Positions 49,101 through 64,000 of a stretch of DNA of 64,000 bases are shown here, piece by piece. Under the pieces are notes generated by a model. It made no database searches. It had not been told where the DNA came from and saw only the letters and a list, made by a program, of their open reading frames with translations. Position 1 is the first letter of the stretch; each line of letters starts with the position of its first letter. Position numbers and translations under genes: made by a program. Origin of the DNA: Nageia nagi (Eukaryota; Plantae; Pinophyta); NCBI GenBank assembly GCA_050084985.1, contig JBITNC010000001.1, forward strand, positions 165,540,001 through 165,604,000, read 5' to 3'.

Positions 49101-52100
49101 CAAATATAAAGGAGGAGGTTTAGGTAAATTAGAATAGGGCATGTCTTCATTTCCTACTACTTTAGAAGCTCATAAAACTAAGAATAGATTGGGTAGTGAT
49201 CAAAATACAAAACAAATAATGGGACCTATAAAGTTTATAAAAGAATGTAATTTGATTGAGCTTTCTAATGATATTGATAAAGATTTTATGGATTGATGAT
49301 ACCATACCACTTTAATTTGATTGCTTCAATATTGATAATGATATTTTAGAATACATGGAGGCACATTTAGAATTGTCTAAGTTAAATAAAAAAAGGCAAA
49401 CAAGTTACATTCTTAGTGAATATGGGTATTTTGGACAAGAGGTGAATTTTAATGAGGTGTTTTAGGTTTAGTAAGAAGATGATCATATAGGTGATATTTA
49501 GGGATTGGAAGAGTTGCCTTCATTATTGTAGACAAATGATGAATTAGCATTCCCAACTAAAGAGTTAATAGATTTCAACATTGGAACAAATGATGAGGAA
49601 AGGTTGATCAAAGTTAGAGCTACTCTTCCAACATCTCAAAAAGAAAGCTACAAAAATAAATTTATTAAATATCATAAGAATTTTACATGGTCTTATGCTG
49701 ATATGCTTGGTTTAGATCCCTCTTTTGTTATGCATAATTTACCATTTAAGGAAGGGGCTAAACCAATTAAATAAAAATCTAGAAAGATGCATCCTTATAA
49801 GCCATTATTATTCAAGAAAGAAATTGAAAAATATTTGAATGTTGGATTCATTAAACCAATTGATTACTCATAATGAATGGCTAACATTGTTCCTATTACA
49901 AAACCTATTAGAGAGATAAGAGTTTGTACTAATTTTCATGATATCAATAATGCTTGTCCAAAAGATGATTTTCCATTGCCAAATATTGATATGATTGTGG
50001 ATAGTATTTTTGTTCATGATACTTTATCTTTTATGGATGGATTTTGGGGATATAATCAAATTCTAATCAATTTGGCTTATCAACATAAAATTGCTTTTAC
50101 TACACCTTAAGGAAATTATTTTTGAAAGGTTATGCCCTTTGGATTAAGAAATGTAAGTGCTACTTATCAAAGAGTTATGGCATCCATGTTCCATGAGCAT
50201 ATTCATAAATTAGTAAAGGTGTATGTTGATGATATTTTGGTTAAATCAAAGCAAGACCAAGACCATTTGGAGCTTCTTGAAGAGGTATTTCATATTCTTA
50301 AAAAGTATAAGCTTAGACTAAAACCTCAAAAGTATGCTTTTAGTATTACTTTAGGAAAGTTGCTTGGTTTCATGGTCTCAAAAAGGGGAATTAAGGTTGA
50401 TCCCAAGAAGGTAAAAGCCATAGTGAGTATGCCAACTCTAAAGAACCTCAAACAACTAAGTCTTCAAGGGAAGATAAATTCGATAAGAAGGTTCATTTCT
50501 CAACTTGGGGATAAATGTAAGCCATTTTCTCATTTACTAAAAAAGGATGTCAAGTTTGTATGGGATGATAAGTGTCAAAAGGCATTTGAAGATATAAAAT
50601 AGTATTTGCTAAATTCTCCTATCTTAGTGCCCATGGATTTTGAAAAATCAACATATCTTTATATATCAGCCATATTATGTGCCTTGGGAGTAATGTTGTG
50701 TCAAAAAGATGATGAGAATAAAGAAAAAGCAATATATTATCTTAGCAAAACTCTTATTGATTATGAAAATAGATACACACCCATAGAAAAGCTTTTCTTT
50801 AGTATTATTTTTTCTATAGATAAACTACAACATTATCTTTTATACTACACTACATATATTGTTAGCCTAGTTAATCCACTAAAATATCTTATAGCAAACT
50901 AGCATTTATCAGGAAGGGTAGTTAAGTGGTTGATGTTATTTCAAGAGTTTGATATCAATGTGGTAAAATAAAAATCCATGAAAGGATAGGCAATTATAGA
51001 CTTGATAGAATAATTCCCTCATAATGATGGTACAATGGTGCACGAAGATTTCCTAGATGAACATGATGAAGAAGCATGCTGTCAATGGCATGTAGCCTTG
51101 CCTGAATGTTGTCAACAACATGATGGTGAAGAGATAATGATCCTAGATGAATTTGTGTGCTACATGGAGGACAAACCTACAGCTTGGACTTTGTATTTTG
51201 ATGAATCAAAATGTACTTACAGAATAGGGGCAGGTATTATTCTAGTGTCACCTTCTAATGAGGTAATCCCTATGGCATATAAACTTAGCTTTGATTATAC
51301 TAATAAGATGGAAGAATATAAAGCTCTAATTTTGGGTTTGAAAGCAGCTATATCTCTAAAAGTAAAAGATTTAGAGATCTATGGTGATTCACAACTTGTT
51401 GTAAATCAAGTCAATGATACATATAACACAAAAGATGAGAATTTGAAGCCATATAAGATAGTAGTTGCTAAATTTCTTGATGAGTTTGAGAGGTATAATA
51501 TTTAGAATATTCCAAGGAATAACAATAGGTATGGAGATGCAATGGCAAGTACATCTTCACTTGCACCAATTGAGATAGAAGATGAAGAAACTGTCCTCAT
51601 GATTAGAAAGGTTGGTACACCTTCTTACCTTCATCACATAGAAAAAGTACATGTATTACACCTTGATCTAGATGATTATGAATAATGGTATGTTGATATT
51701 TACAATTATTAGAAAGATCAAAGAGTTCCATCAAGTTTTGATAGAAATGAAAAAGTTAGACTAAAGAGGATAGCTATCAAGTATGTGATAATTGGTGAAG
51801 TTTTGTATATAAGGTCATTTGATGGTGCACTTTTAAGATGTCTAACACAACATGAAACAACAACAACATTAGGAAAATAACATGATGGGTTGTGTGGAGA
51901 GCATTTCTTTGCAAAAGTATTGTACACTAAGCTTTTACGAATTGGTTATTATTGGCCTACAATGTAGGAAGATTGCAAAAATCATGTTAAGGCTTGTTTA
52001 CAATGTCAAAAAGATGCAAATTTAGAAAAACAACCAACTTAAGAGTTGAAATCCATAATTTCACCATGGCCATTTGCAACATGGGGCATAGAAGTGATTG

Positions 52101-54556
52101 GGCTTATCAATCCAGATTCATGGGAAGGTCAAAAATTTATCATCACAACTATAGAGTTTACCAAAAAGTGGGAGGCCATTCCAATGATATTAGTGACATA
52201 GGATAGAACCATTGCTTTCTTAATTGAAAACATCATTACACAGTTTCGAGTAACATAAAGATTGATCATGGATAACGAACAAAATTTCAAAGCTAAGGAC
52301 ATGAAGGCATTTTGTAAAAATTTTCATGTTGCTTAAACATTTTCTTCAATATATTATCCTCAAGAGAATGGTCAAGTGAAAGCATCAAACAAAATCATAA
52401 AAGAGCATTTAAAAAAAATATGGCATATATACAAAACAAATTGGCATGGAAAGTTATCTTATGCACTTTGGACATATAGAACAAGCATTAGAACAACCAC
52501 TAGGGCAATACCATTTTCATTAGTGTATGGAAGTGAGGCTATTGTACCATTAGAGTGGGAGTTACCATATTTGAGGATTTCACTACAAGGAGATATATCA
52601 AATGAAAAAGTAAGGAAAGCTAGGTTACAACAGTTGGAGGCACTTGATGAAAAGCGAATCAAGGTAATTGAGCATCAAAAGGCATATCATGCAAAGATAA
52701 AGAGGGTATTTGAAAATAAGTTCAAATTAAAGGATTTCAAAATAGGAGATTGGTGTTAAAAGAAAACATCAACAAAAAAACTACAAATGATGAAGAAAAA
52801 GGAAATTTTGAACCAAATTGGATAGGTCCATTTATTATTAGTAATGCAACATGATTAGGAGCTTACAAGTTATCATCCATGGATGGTAAAGAAGAATAAA
52901 AAACCTTCAATGCCATGCATATTAAATGCTTTTTTGCATAAAATGATGGCTTCATACCTTGCAAAATTATGCATATATTATGTAAGGTACATGTATTTTA
53001 TGTTTTATTTTTGAAATTTATTTGATTGTTAGGACATTCTTAATAGTGTGCATTACTATATGTACACCATCATCAACATGAAAAAAAAGAGAATAAAAAA
53101 ATAAAAAAGATAGTATAATATCTTCAGACCATGGATATAAAAATGCTAGGTCATCAATGGCCATCAATACGGATAGTGAGAGTTCATTCACTTAAAATTT
53201 TATCTGACAATACAATCATTAGTAAGATGTTGATATTGATTCATTCTTAATGGATGATACAACTTATTATGTATCCACATGGTTTCTTCTTTTAACCATA
53301 CAAAGCATAATATCTCAGGGTCATAAACATAAAATGTATGACCACCGATAGCCATCGATATAGCCAATGAGAGTTCACTCACTTCAAAGATAAATTGATG
53401 ATGTAGCCATAAGTAGATTGTTGATATTGACTCATCATCAATGGAAGACACAACTCATTGTGTCTCTAAAATATTTTCATGCAGGGTATATCTAACATTT
53501 TTTGTAGGTACCTATATAAAAAGGAAGGAGAATGAAGCAAAATTTATACTATTAATAACATTTCATACTGTCTACATATCATTAGCGATGTTTATATCAA
53601 CAAACCTAGATCTAGAATTAAAGGGCCACTTCTTTTATCAAGGCATGGATGTAAGAGCATCAGATTCCTAAGTATAAAAAATGAAGGGATGACCAGATTC
53701 ATGGTTGAGTAGTGTAAGGGGAAAAAGGATGCATTTATTTAGGTTTTATCTTGACTGCACCACTTAAGGAGCTTTCTTGGGGAAACCAAGCTAAAAGAGG
53801 GTAGCAAAGGACCCTCGTCATTATCAAATGGAAATGCTAGATGGAGATTTCAAAAATTTCTTCTATACTTCTTCTTTGGATATGTAATCTCATTTCTTCA
53901 AGCACACCTCCAAAGAGGGGAAAAATGTAGATGCCTAAAAATGAATTATTATTTATTAAATAATTAATTTTATAGCATTAAGGAATATTTATTGTAAAGA
54001 GGGTTAAAATATACCAAGGAAATGTAATCAATAAAATGGACCATGGAATAAATGTAAAAGATATCAAATATCAAGAAAGACACCACAAATAATGTAATGT
54101 GCAATTATCCCAAGAATCAAAGAGGATCAAAATGTTACTATAAAAGAATATCAAAGGCAACATAAAAGATATGGGTCAATATCAGTAAAGATACTGAGAG
54201 AGATATTAGAACATGCAATATCATTTTACCTAACTAACAAAGGTATTTTGTAACACCACCTATTCGTAGATTTGCTACACCCTTTGTCTTGCTCTCGCGT
54301 ATTTCAATTTCTATGTGTGGATCTCCATCTTTTAGGATGTTAACAATGTGCTTTTAGGCCATTAACGAAATTAATTTCTTATGGTATGATACTATGATTG
54401 ATGTATGATTCCTGTTATTTCATTTGGATACGAATCTGATGAAGGTACCCCATTTATTATACTCATTTGATGTCATATTTATGATATATGCTTCAATAAT
54501 ACATTGTGGATAAATAGTGCATCGATTTATTATTCATGTGTTATTTTTAATCTACA
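46183..54556 (+). mobile_element. Full-length Ty3/Gypsy Tat-superclade (Ogre-like) element, heavily decayed
   Basis: LTRs 46183-46804 and 53926-54556 (TGTA..CTACA). TSD ATAAT (46178-46182 / 54557-54561). Non-Met PBS-like TGGTGAACC at ~46808. PPT AAAGAGGGGAAAAA at 53912-53925. Confidence 0.95.
46930..52942 (+). pseudogene. pol: gag-PR-(G-patch)-RT-RH-aRH-IN, many stops
   Basis: gag FFPRSLKDNAIQWF and YCTYHQRKDHYTNFC; PR YNLLLGRPWL; G-patch-like YKGGGLGKLE; RT ACPKDDFPLPNID..YVDDILVKS; RH AIYYLSK..YTPIEK; second RNase H WTLYFD..GAGIILVSP..EYKALILGL..GDSQLVVNQV; IN HDGLCGEH..YYWP..YYPQENGQ..PFSLVYGSEA..PNWIGPF. Confidence 0.92.
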
Positions 54557-57068
54557 ATAATAAAGAGACTTGCAAATGCTTGGTATGTTCATAGGTCCAC
54601 ATAAATTAATATGCACAAGCTAAAGTATCTTATAATTCCTCCAAGCCTCTCCATCAAGGAATTTTTCTCTAACATAATTTCCCAAAGAACATCCCTTATA
54701 ATATTCTCCTTTCTTTGTGTTAATAATAACAAGGGGATGGTAGTCCATGTACCATTCATTAAATAATTCATCAATAAATACATCATACCTTTGATATATA
54801 ATTTGAGGGATTAGAGATAGGAAGTGAGTGAAAAGGGAGAAGAGAAGAAAAGAAAATATAAGTCATTTGCATTAGTAATTATTGTGTTATTCGAGTCCCT
54901 TCCTATTATTAAATGGTAAATAATTTATTAATTTATTTTGACTTATAAATGCTTTGGTTCATATGTATGGATAAGACGTTCTTGTCTCATTCACTTGATA
55001 ATGGTTTGATTGAAGTTCATAAATTGATTTATTCATTTATGTGGATCCTAAATTATGGTATCAATGAAGAAATATAATAATTATAAAGCCTATTAAGAGT
55101 GTGACACTTATTCAAAAATACTATAATTAATATATGAAAAGTGTGCACCTGAGATGATGAATGAGCTATGTACAATCCTCAAAGTGTAACACTGATAGGC
55201 ATAGGATTGGACCAGATTTGAGGCAAGCCTTCAAGGTATTCTATTCCTTGGATCAATGCTCATTTCTCTCAATATTTGATACCCTAGATCACAAATAATC
55301 ATGGTGCAAACATCTTGGTTACAGTCTTCTCTCATGACATAGATGCCTCAAAACTTGTAAAGTTAGGAAGTGTGCAAGAGATAACAAGTAACCAAAGCTC
55401 ATAGCATAATAAATTCTTAGATAGGTGGTATCTAAAGACACCATAAGTATGATGATATGGGAAAACCACATATCAGAGAGATCTAATAGTGATGTCAACC
55501 TCCAACTCCTCCATTTATAACCTGTAAGGACATAGAAAGGAGCCAAAGCCAACTTATAGCAATAATATAATCTTTGTAACATTTAAGATACTTGCAAACA
55601 TAAATTATGGTTAATGATATTGCATTATACCTAGCACATGATATTATTTTGTAATAACACCATTATCTTGACTTTTGTAATATTACTTCTATTTCTTAGA
55701 GAAGTCTAAAATATGTTTTATTACAAAAATAATAAAATATTTTTAAGCATCTAATTTTTGCCCCTTTTTGGATATGAAACGAAAAAGCATTTCAAAATTG
55801 CATAATCCAAAGAAGCATAGAGAAGTAGAAAAAAATTTCAATAATAAAGTGTGATCAAGCCAAAACTTCATCCTTTATAGCAAATGATTTGATGGTGCCC
55901 TTAGCCCTACTCTCCTAGATGAACTATAAGAACAAAAGATATAATACCCACATAAATTATATCCATTAAAAGAATAATCAATATAGAAGCAAAGATGAAA
56001 TCAATATAATATCTATTCTGTAGACTATCGCCATTGTGACTAATAGCCTTTATGAAGAAATCATCAAGCTAAGATATCGAGATATGAGCTTGAGATAGAT
56101 TCTACGATCATATGAGAATATGACCTATAATTTTGAGAAAAATTTGTGCTCATGGGGTTACCATGGCTTACATTTTTAAATTTGTTAGTAGAATATGCAT
56201 TGCATTCGAAATATAATCAAGAAAAAATTAAATATTATGCCAATATAAGATACTAGATATTCAATGGCCTAACAAAAATAAATAATCAAATTTTATAATA
56301 AATTCATTGATTTACATGATACAAATGCCATAAAAATAGATTCGACATGACGTGAACACCATGATTTTTGTAGAATGTTCAAATCATGTCTTCAACAATT
56401 TATCTAATAATAATCACTAGATCTTGAATTCATGGTCAAACATGAAATGTTTATTTGTATACCAAATATTTGTATAAACAAAGGTGTTATGTAGTATATT
56501 AGAAAATTTATGCTAGATTTACGGTCGTTAATGAAGAAGGATGTCGACGTTACAAAATTTATAAAATTTATTTTCAAAAATAAATCCTAGTTATTTAACA
56601 TAATTTGTATTACCTTAACCAGATGTATAATGTTTCACATTTTTTAACATAAGGGAATTTTTACCATGTACCTGTTGTTTATCACTGAATGGGGGGGATT
56701 TTTGTAGTATTTTGAGAACCACCATTTTATATTTCTGTTTTTCCTCGTGCTTTGTGTATGCTTGCTATTTTATGACGATATGTGGAGTTTGTATATGCAT
56801 GCATCACGGGGATAATTTTTACTCGTCGATTTGTTCCATGTTTTGCTTCATGTTTGGTTACGAAATTATTCATATATTCCAAGCCACCAACATGGGGACC
56901 GTATACTTCATCCTTACCATGGAATCATTTTGGGAATGATCCATTATGGGGTTGATGCATTCTATCTTATATTTATCATTCATATTGGATTCTAGCTAAA
57001 AACCTTTGTTCTTTTATTTCCATGAAGCGCTCAATTTTTACTCTACGTTGATCAACTCCATGTGTGTA

Positions 57069-60000
57069 TGCAGACCCTAAAATATTTAATAAAGGGGAGG
57101 GGTGAATCAAGTTGGATGCACTAGAGAAGGCCCACACCTAGGTGAGGTTAAATAATAACAATGCTATGGTAGAGTGTATTGTATTATATAATTTGGTGAT
57201 TTATGGTTATATATCTAGATTGAATTTTGCATTCATGATTACCTTTATTGAGTGTTAGGATCTTAATTCTAAAACCTTCAATCTTCCTTCGAGCAAGATG
57301 ATAGTTACCCTATGTTGCACTTAAAAAGTAACTCTGTTAGCAAATAAGACAATACATGTCATGATCAACACTTTCTTTATTACTCATGAATAGACTTCAA
57401 TGATACGATTACAAATCTATTTCAATTCATTGCCTTGCAAAAAGATTTTTTACAAAATAATGTTTTGGCCTTTATAGACTTGTTTACAATGTTTGCAAGT
57501 CTCAAAAAGAATCTTGGATTTCTCTTTCTTCTGCTCTGTACTAATATCACCAATCAATTTTGTTGCTCTACACCTGTGAACCTTGCACATATGCAAATAG
57601 AAAGGACACCAAACATACCTATTCATATCATAAAATAAGCATAATACTGAACATAAACAAGCATGTAAAAAAGTAACACAGTAATGCATTTAACTCAATA
57701 AATTTGAATATATTCTAATGGAGTAACTTTGCATTCAAAACTGGGTCTCTTTGCTTCATTGTAGAAGGCTTTATTTATAGATTTTTGAAACAAGCAAAGT
57801 TTCCAATTTTAAGAAAAAAATTAGGATAGAAAAGCCTATCCAACTTTGTCATGGCTGTGATATGAAGCTGAGGTGCATGGGATGGATTATGAGTTACCAT
57901 TTTATTTTACTTTTGACAATTATAGAGTCACTGATGTCCATGTATCAAATGTTGGCATCTAACCTAAGTCACCGACAATTGATGTCAGACGTTGGTGATT
58001 AACAGACTATATTAAACTTTTTAATTTTATTTTAATTTTTTGTTTTTCTTTCATTTATTGAAAGAAGGGTCATTTTTGGGTATCTACATTTTACCCTTTT
58101 TTGAATTATCTGCTAATTGTGAGTGGGGGATAATTCTAAAACTTACCTTTCTAAAGGTGGGTACATTCAAGTTTCTTAACTTGTGTTTTTGACTTTAGTC
58201 AATGTTTCAGATTAACCTATTCTCTATGGATAAGTCAAATCTGATTGATTGAATTATAATTAATGGAGGAGACTGATGTTGGTGACTGGGATCATTAGGT
58301 GAGGTAGCATATGGAGGATCTTGGTGTGGAGGGAGAGCAGGATGTTGGGATGGCCCTTTTAGAGGATTTTCCCTAGATGGAGGTTCTAGATGAGATGGTT
58401 GGTATAGCTAAGGGAACTCCAAGGGAGGATAGACCAATCCTTGAGATACAAAGACATGACTTATTACTGGGCAAGATCGAGGAGCTCAAGTTTTTACTTG
58501 GGTATTCATTATCATTACTTAACTATTATCATAAAGATAATGAGTTTATACGTGTGCAGCTTCAACAACTTAGGCACTTAGATAAGAATAGGTTCAGATA
58601 CAGGGTGGAGAGAGATAGGGCATAAGCCATGGTGCAGACATTACAACATCAGGTAGAAGCAGAGGGTATTATAGCTGTTGTAGAGAGGCACTCTTCTACT
58701 TTTGTTAGATATATTTGTAGATAGAGGGACTACTATTATGGGGTAGTTAAAACATGGATGGTAGGCATTCTTGCTTTTAATTCTGGTTTGGAGTATCTAC
58801 TTCCTCCGCCAAGTTACATTCCTTTAGATATCAGTGCTCTTCCAATTGCTACATCTAATGAGGCACAACGAGGTGTTAGTGCAGAAGTGCATAGAGGCAG
58901 GGTTGCAGTGTCTCCTAGTAGGAGTGTTACTACTACTTCATCTCATCATAGGCCTAGGTATTCAAAGATTCAAGCGACCTGATGAGAGAGGAGTATTGGT
59001 AGCCCATCAATATAGAGGTATTAGGAGGTTAGCAAGACTAGTGGTTAGGGTGGTGGTTGGGGTAGCGAGTATGAGGATTCCCCTGAGGATTGATTGTTAG
59101 TCCTTTTTTGTTATGTCATTTTGTTTTTAGTTTATGATGTGATTTTGTAGACTCATATTCATTGATGGATGATATATTACATTCATTTTTTGGATTATGG
59201 TGATCATGATTGGGATGCTATAGATGCCTAGGTGATGGATACTATGATTATTATTTTTTGATATATACACATATGATGATATATTTGGAGACTTGTATTT
59301 ATGGTAATATTTTGATGAGTTGTTACTTTGATATTATCATGTGCTATGTTTTGATATTATCATGTGCTATGTTATGAATGATGACTCTAGGGTTATGTTT
59401 AATTTTAATGTTGTATATCATGATGATGAATTATTGATGTTACTTTATATTGTATTGGATGATAATAATATTTGGTATTTTGATGGATGAATGGTTCCCA
59501 TATGATGCAATCATTTAATTTTTTATAGATCATTATCATTACTTGTTATATTTTGGATAATATTTTATTTATAGTAGTACAAAATTAGATATCATCATTT
59601 TTTATTTTTCTTGGCTATTTATACATATGGGATAACGTATGAGTGTAAAATGGTATGAGCACACAAATGGATAAATATGTGAATGCATATGAATGTACAC
59701 TCATGGATAAGTGAATATGAATGGATGGTATAACTATTTGAATGTCAAACATAATAATCTAGTTAACCTGCCAAGATAATAATAATATGTATTATGGAAT
59801 GAAATGAATGTATAATATAATAACAAAGTGTAATAAATAATATATTCACACTAATTTTATCAAATAATCTTTTGTTTCAATTTCATCTACTAAGGATGAT
59901 ATAAAACAAAGTTATAATACACTTAAGTTTATTATGAACTCATGTATGTGCAATGACGTTCATTTCCTTCTCTTGACACTCACTAATTTAATATTTCATA

Positions 60001-63000
60001 AGCATAAAATATATAAGATGATTCGTCTGTATGAAACATGCATAGGTCCATTATAAATACTAGACATATTGCCACTTCGTAAGGTATACCTCAATGCCAG
60101 ATAGGTGTTCATAACCCCGATGAAAACTAACGCCTAGATCCCATTATAGCCTTACTCTATTTCCAATCAGGTGTCCATACTCCCAATAGAGGATACTGTA
60201 ATCACCCAAGAATTTTACTTTTTTAAAAAAAAACTTTTTTCTAATGATATATTTTTCCCTCCTATCTTTTTCTTTCTATCCTATCTCTTGGGTTTGGGAT
60301 GAAGCAAAATAATAAGATGAATAATCACTAGAAATTATGCTTAAGGAACATCAAATTTTTGATTGTTTCAAGATTTAGAATGTATAAAAGTGTATGAGTT
60401 CATAATATCTTAAAAAATGTATCAAGGTTATGTCTGTTTATCATCCAAAATTTTAGAAACTTTGTGGGAGATATTTTGGCAAAATAGGATATGAATATTA
60501 TACCCATAAACTACTTTATTTATATGAAAAATAATATATATGAATGATATATGGATGGATACGTAATGTGTATATATGTATTGGTAAATTACTATGATCA
60601 TCATGTTTGACACTTAATAGTTTTACGATGATGAAGGTAATGAACAAGATGAACATAATGGTATGGTATGAACAAATGGGGCAGCGCAACCCTATAATTT
60701 TGGTTTTTTATAATTTTTTGATTTTTTTGGTTTTTGATAATTTTAATCATCATTTATTTCTATGTAATGAATTCCATGTTGGGTAAGGTTTTGCAACAAT
60801 TGACTATGAGAGATGGGATGAAAATGATAGCGAGTATGAATGGTATGATCAACAGACTAATGTGTAACATGATGAGTGACAGACACAGAAAACATGAAGT
60901 CCCAATAAAAAATGTTTACAAATATTACATGAGCAATGATGAGTTCATCAAAAGAATCCTAATGATGCAAGGATGGTGTTCCACAAAACTTAACGAGTCT
61001 ACAAATAAATGGATTGACATGGGCATCGATCATAATCCTCCATACGAAATCTATTCTAGAAAATAAAAAAAATGAGGTTTTGGAGAAACTCTTCATTAGG
61101 TATATTATAAATTACGCAAGTTCCCCAATATGGTCAATGATCGATGTACATACTCACCCAAAAGGAATCCTTTAAAATATTATAAGAATGATAAGAGCTA
61201 TCCAACAGACTCGACAATTCTTCCATAGATAAAATTTTATATTGAACACCATTAGGCAACTCAAAAAAGTGGTCTATGTCTACATCTAATGATAAGGCCT
61301 GACTCTCTATATGGTCACTTGGGAATGTACATGGTGAACATGGGATACAAAGGGAAGATTACTCCCAAGGAGTAGGTGGAATATTATATGGACAGGCTAC
61401 CTCTTGATTGATAGATCTAGAAATACAATGATGATGAATCCTGATGCTTTGTGTTTGAAATACAATTAACCACCTACAACATTATATGCAAATTTTAGAA
61501 ATTGCATAAGGTTTATAAAAACACAATATATATAATTTTTTTATTTGCATGAAGATAATTAATAGGCATGCAAATATCAAACAATATATATACAACACAC
61601 ACATATGTATAAGACACATTTTTATTTATTTTTAATATTTTTGTTATTTTTTATGTTATTCTATTTTTATAATATTTTTTACAATTTTTTTTACAATGAA
61701 AAATGATTTACAACCTTTGAATGATGTTGGTATATAGTTTCCCTATGAATAACCCAACATCCATGATCTAAGAAGTAATAGTAAGGAGGTTGCAATTGAA
61801 GGTGAAGGGGACCTTCTACCAGAATAGATGGTTGAGAATGAATGGGATACGATAAAAGTGGTGGATTAGTGGTTTATGTTTTAGCTTAAACTTCCTAATG
61901 TCTCTCTTAGGTTTTATAAAGGAAGCTGAAGCTTCAGTTTGTACCTCAAGAAGTATAAAAAAGGAAGCAATGTATATAGGATGTAGTGAAATGAGAGGTG
62001 GTGTAATGGGTGGTAATGGAGAAGTCCATAGCAAGAAGTATGGAATGAGGCTCCCTACAAAAACACCAAAATTCTTGTTATGAACAATATTGGTACAATG
62101 TTCCTAGCTAATATTTTTAATTCATTTTTTTTTATTTAGATGTTGAGTAATTCATTCAAATTGCACTTTCACATTCAAAAGATTATTTGTACAATAACTA
62201 TTATTGAACAATGAACTATAATTATATACAATTTCATATTTTGGAAAGGATGGCATAAGATATGGAAATATCTGATAAAAAATAATCAAAGTCAAAACAA
62301 AATGATGTCCCATAAATTTGATATGAATATCTCCAACGCAATCTATCACAATTTTGGGTTTATCATAAGGCCAATGTAAATGAAACCATTGTAATGAACT
62401 CATTTTAGATTCTTATTCCATCCACATTTCTTGTGCCTTTACTTCAATTGCGACTTTTAAACCACTTATTTTTAATTCCCATGCATTTGATGTATGATTT
62501 TCAAAGTATTTCATGGCTATCACTAATTGCGCTTCTTTGGGTAAATCGAGGAATGTGCCATACGTGTAGAAGGAGTTTTCCAAAGTAATTGCATGCAAAC
62601 ATGTCCTTTATATCTATCCATGAAATTTTGACCAATGTAGTCAAACTAGAAATGTACTCATTTAGGGGCTTCTAACCTTTTAATTATTACTATTTTTTTA
62701 GAATAATCACAAGACATGGATATATAAACCTTTTCTTTACTCAAGAAAATCATTTATTGGTGTTTCTTTTGACTCTTTTTGATTTCCTAGGCCTAGGAAC
62801 AAATGAAGAAGAAAAATCATATATTAACTTTTGATGACACAAATCTCCTACAAGCTGATTCATCCAAGTTATGATTGGATGTAAGCTTTGTGGATTTTGA
62901 GATGTAATATTTAAAACTCAATCATTGAAAGTACAATAAAGTATGAGTTTGGGTGCTACAGTAGGCCAATACAAGCATAACAAATTTATTTTATGTACTT

Positions 63001-64000
63001 GTTAATGATAATGATAAAAAATTTGGAAATACATGGCCCTACCTAGGTAAATTTCAATATTTTCTTCTTTAACATAGATTTTCCAACCATCAGATGTACT
63101 TGGATAATGCCTCAAGGCTAGATCCCTCTGTATATCAATGGGTAATCAAATAATATTCCATGCTTCTTGCAAAGTGAATTCAATGAGTTTGGATACGGCT
63201 CTATCTCCCAAATATATAGATTTCTCAAACCATCATTCTTACTTTATTCATTTTATTCCTTGTGGCACAAGAATACTCTTGATCCTTTTGATTACCATAT
63301 GTTAAATTCATTTATTTTTATTAGTTCATTATGAAGGTTTTATTCTCTTTATCTAAATATTTACAACATATACATAAATAAAACAAAACAATTTTAACTA
63401 TAAAAGTGACAAAAATGTTTGATATTTATTGGTTCATACTCTTCATTAGCTTCTAAGTCAGCTAAGTGATATGCTCCTGAACCAAAATTTCTTTTAATTA
63501 TGTAAGGTCCTAACCAGTTAGGGGAAAATTTGTCACGAATTTGCTTTTCCATTCACAAAGTTTGTTGATTTTCTTTTAATACTAGGTATCCTATATTGAA
63601 TTCATGAATTTTAACCTTTTTATCAAAAGCTTGTTTGATAAAACTTTGGTAGGTATGCTTGTGTTCTAATGCATTAACTCATATTTCATCTAAGAGAAAT
63701 AATTGCTCCAATCTTGTTTGATGAGATGCTTCATTTGTGATATAATCTTCTAAAGAAATTCATAAATATGTGATTTCTATTTCTAAGGGTAAGACTGCTT
63801 TTTCCCTATAGACTAGCGAAAATGGGGTTACCCAAGTAGGAGTTCTAATACTAGTGTGGTAAGCCCATAAAGCATGCAAAATCCTTATTTTCTAATCTCT
63901 ATAAGAGTTGTCAACTATTTTGAGTAGAATACTATGAATAGTTTTATTTGTAGCCTTAGCTTGTCCATTCCCCTATGTGTAATAAGGCATTGAAAAAATA
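57069..64000 (-). mobile_element. 3' LTR (57069-58088) and long 3' internal region of a minus-strand Tat/Ogre-like element, probably continuing beyond the window
   Basis: On the minus strand: PPT AAAAAAGGGTAAAA, then TGTAGATACCCAAAAATG ... TTTTAGGGTCTGCA, with TATA CTATAAATAAAG at ~57775. No pol within the window, so the right-hand extent is inferred. Confidence 0.6.
58263..59100 (+). pseudogene. Degraded antisense accessory ORF (coiled-coil-like)
   Basis: KIEELKFLLGYSLSLLNYYHKDNEFIRVQLQQLRHLDKNRFRYRVERDRA, homologous to 14110-14330. Confidence 0.55.

Larger units (their letters stand above)
44786..55064 (+). mobile_element. Probable older LTR (44786-46182 plus 54562-~55052) split by the Ogre insertion, followed by a PBS-like TGGTATCAA
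   Basis: TGTGA start, TATA-like CTTATAAAAG at ~45494, and TGGTATCAA at 55056-55064. No partner LTR. Confidence 0.35.

Noticed and set aside
55100-57068. Possible DNA-transposon or host-gene fragment
   Set aside because: AT-rich, short ORFs only, no recognisable motif or termini.
60734-61066. 110-aa Met-rich plus-strand ORF
   Set aside because: Likely the antisense shadow of a decayed minus-strand coding region; no recognisable domain.

Overview
This is a plant, probably gymnosperm (conifer-like; inferred from element types only), repeat-dense window with no intact protein-coding gene. It is a mosaic of nested and truncated LTR retrotransposons. Two full-length but decayed Ty3/Gypsy elements are present: a Reina-type chromovirus (32209-38099, -) and an Ogre/Tat element (46183-54556, +). 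There is also a gag-protease-only element (17809-23145, -), a solo LTR (39008-40271), two minus-strand Tat/Ogre-like 3' ends, LINE remnants and a hAT MITE. The standout is a non-autonomous LTR element (16878-27341, +) that carries an intronless copy of the N-terminal part of the host cohesin regulator PDS5 in place of gag-pol, directly after its primer-binding site. That copy is split in two by a nested insertion. A possible minus-strand spliced locus with duplicated microexons runs through about 29.9-44.5 kb. All protein-family assignments were made by eye from motif memory; no database searches were run.
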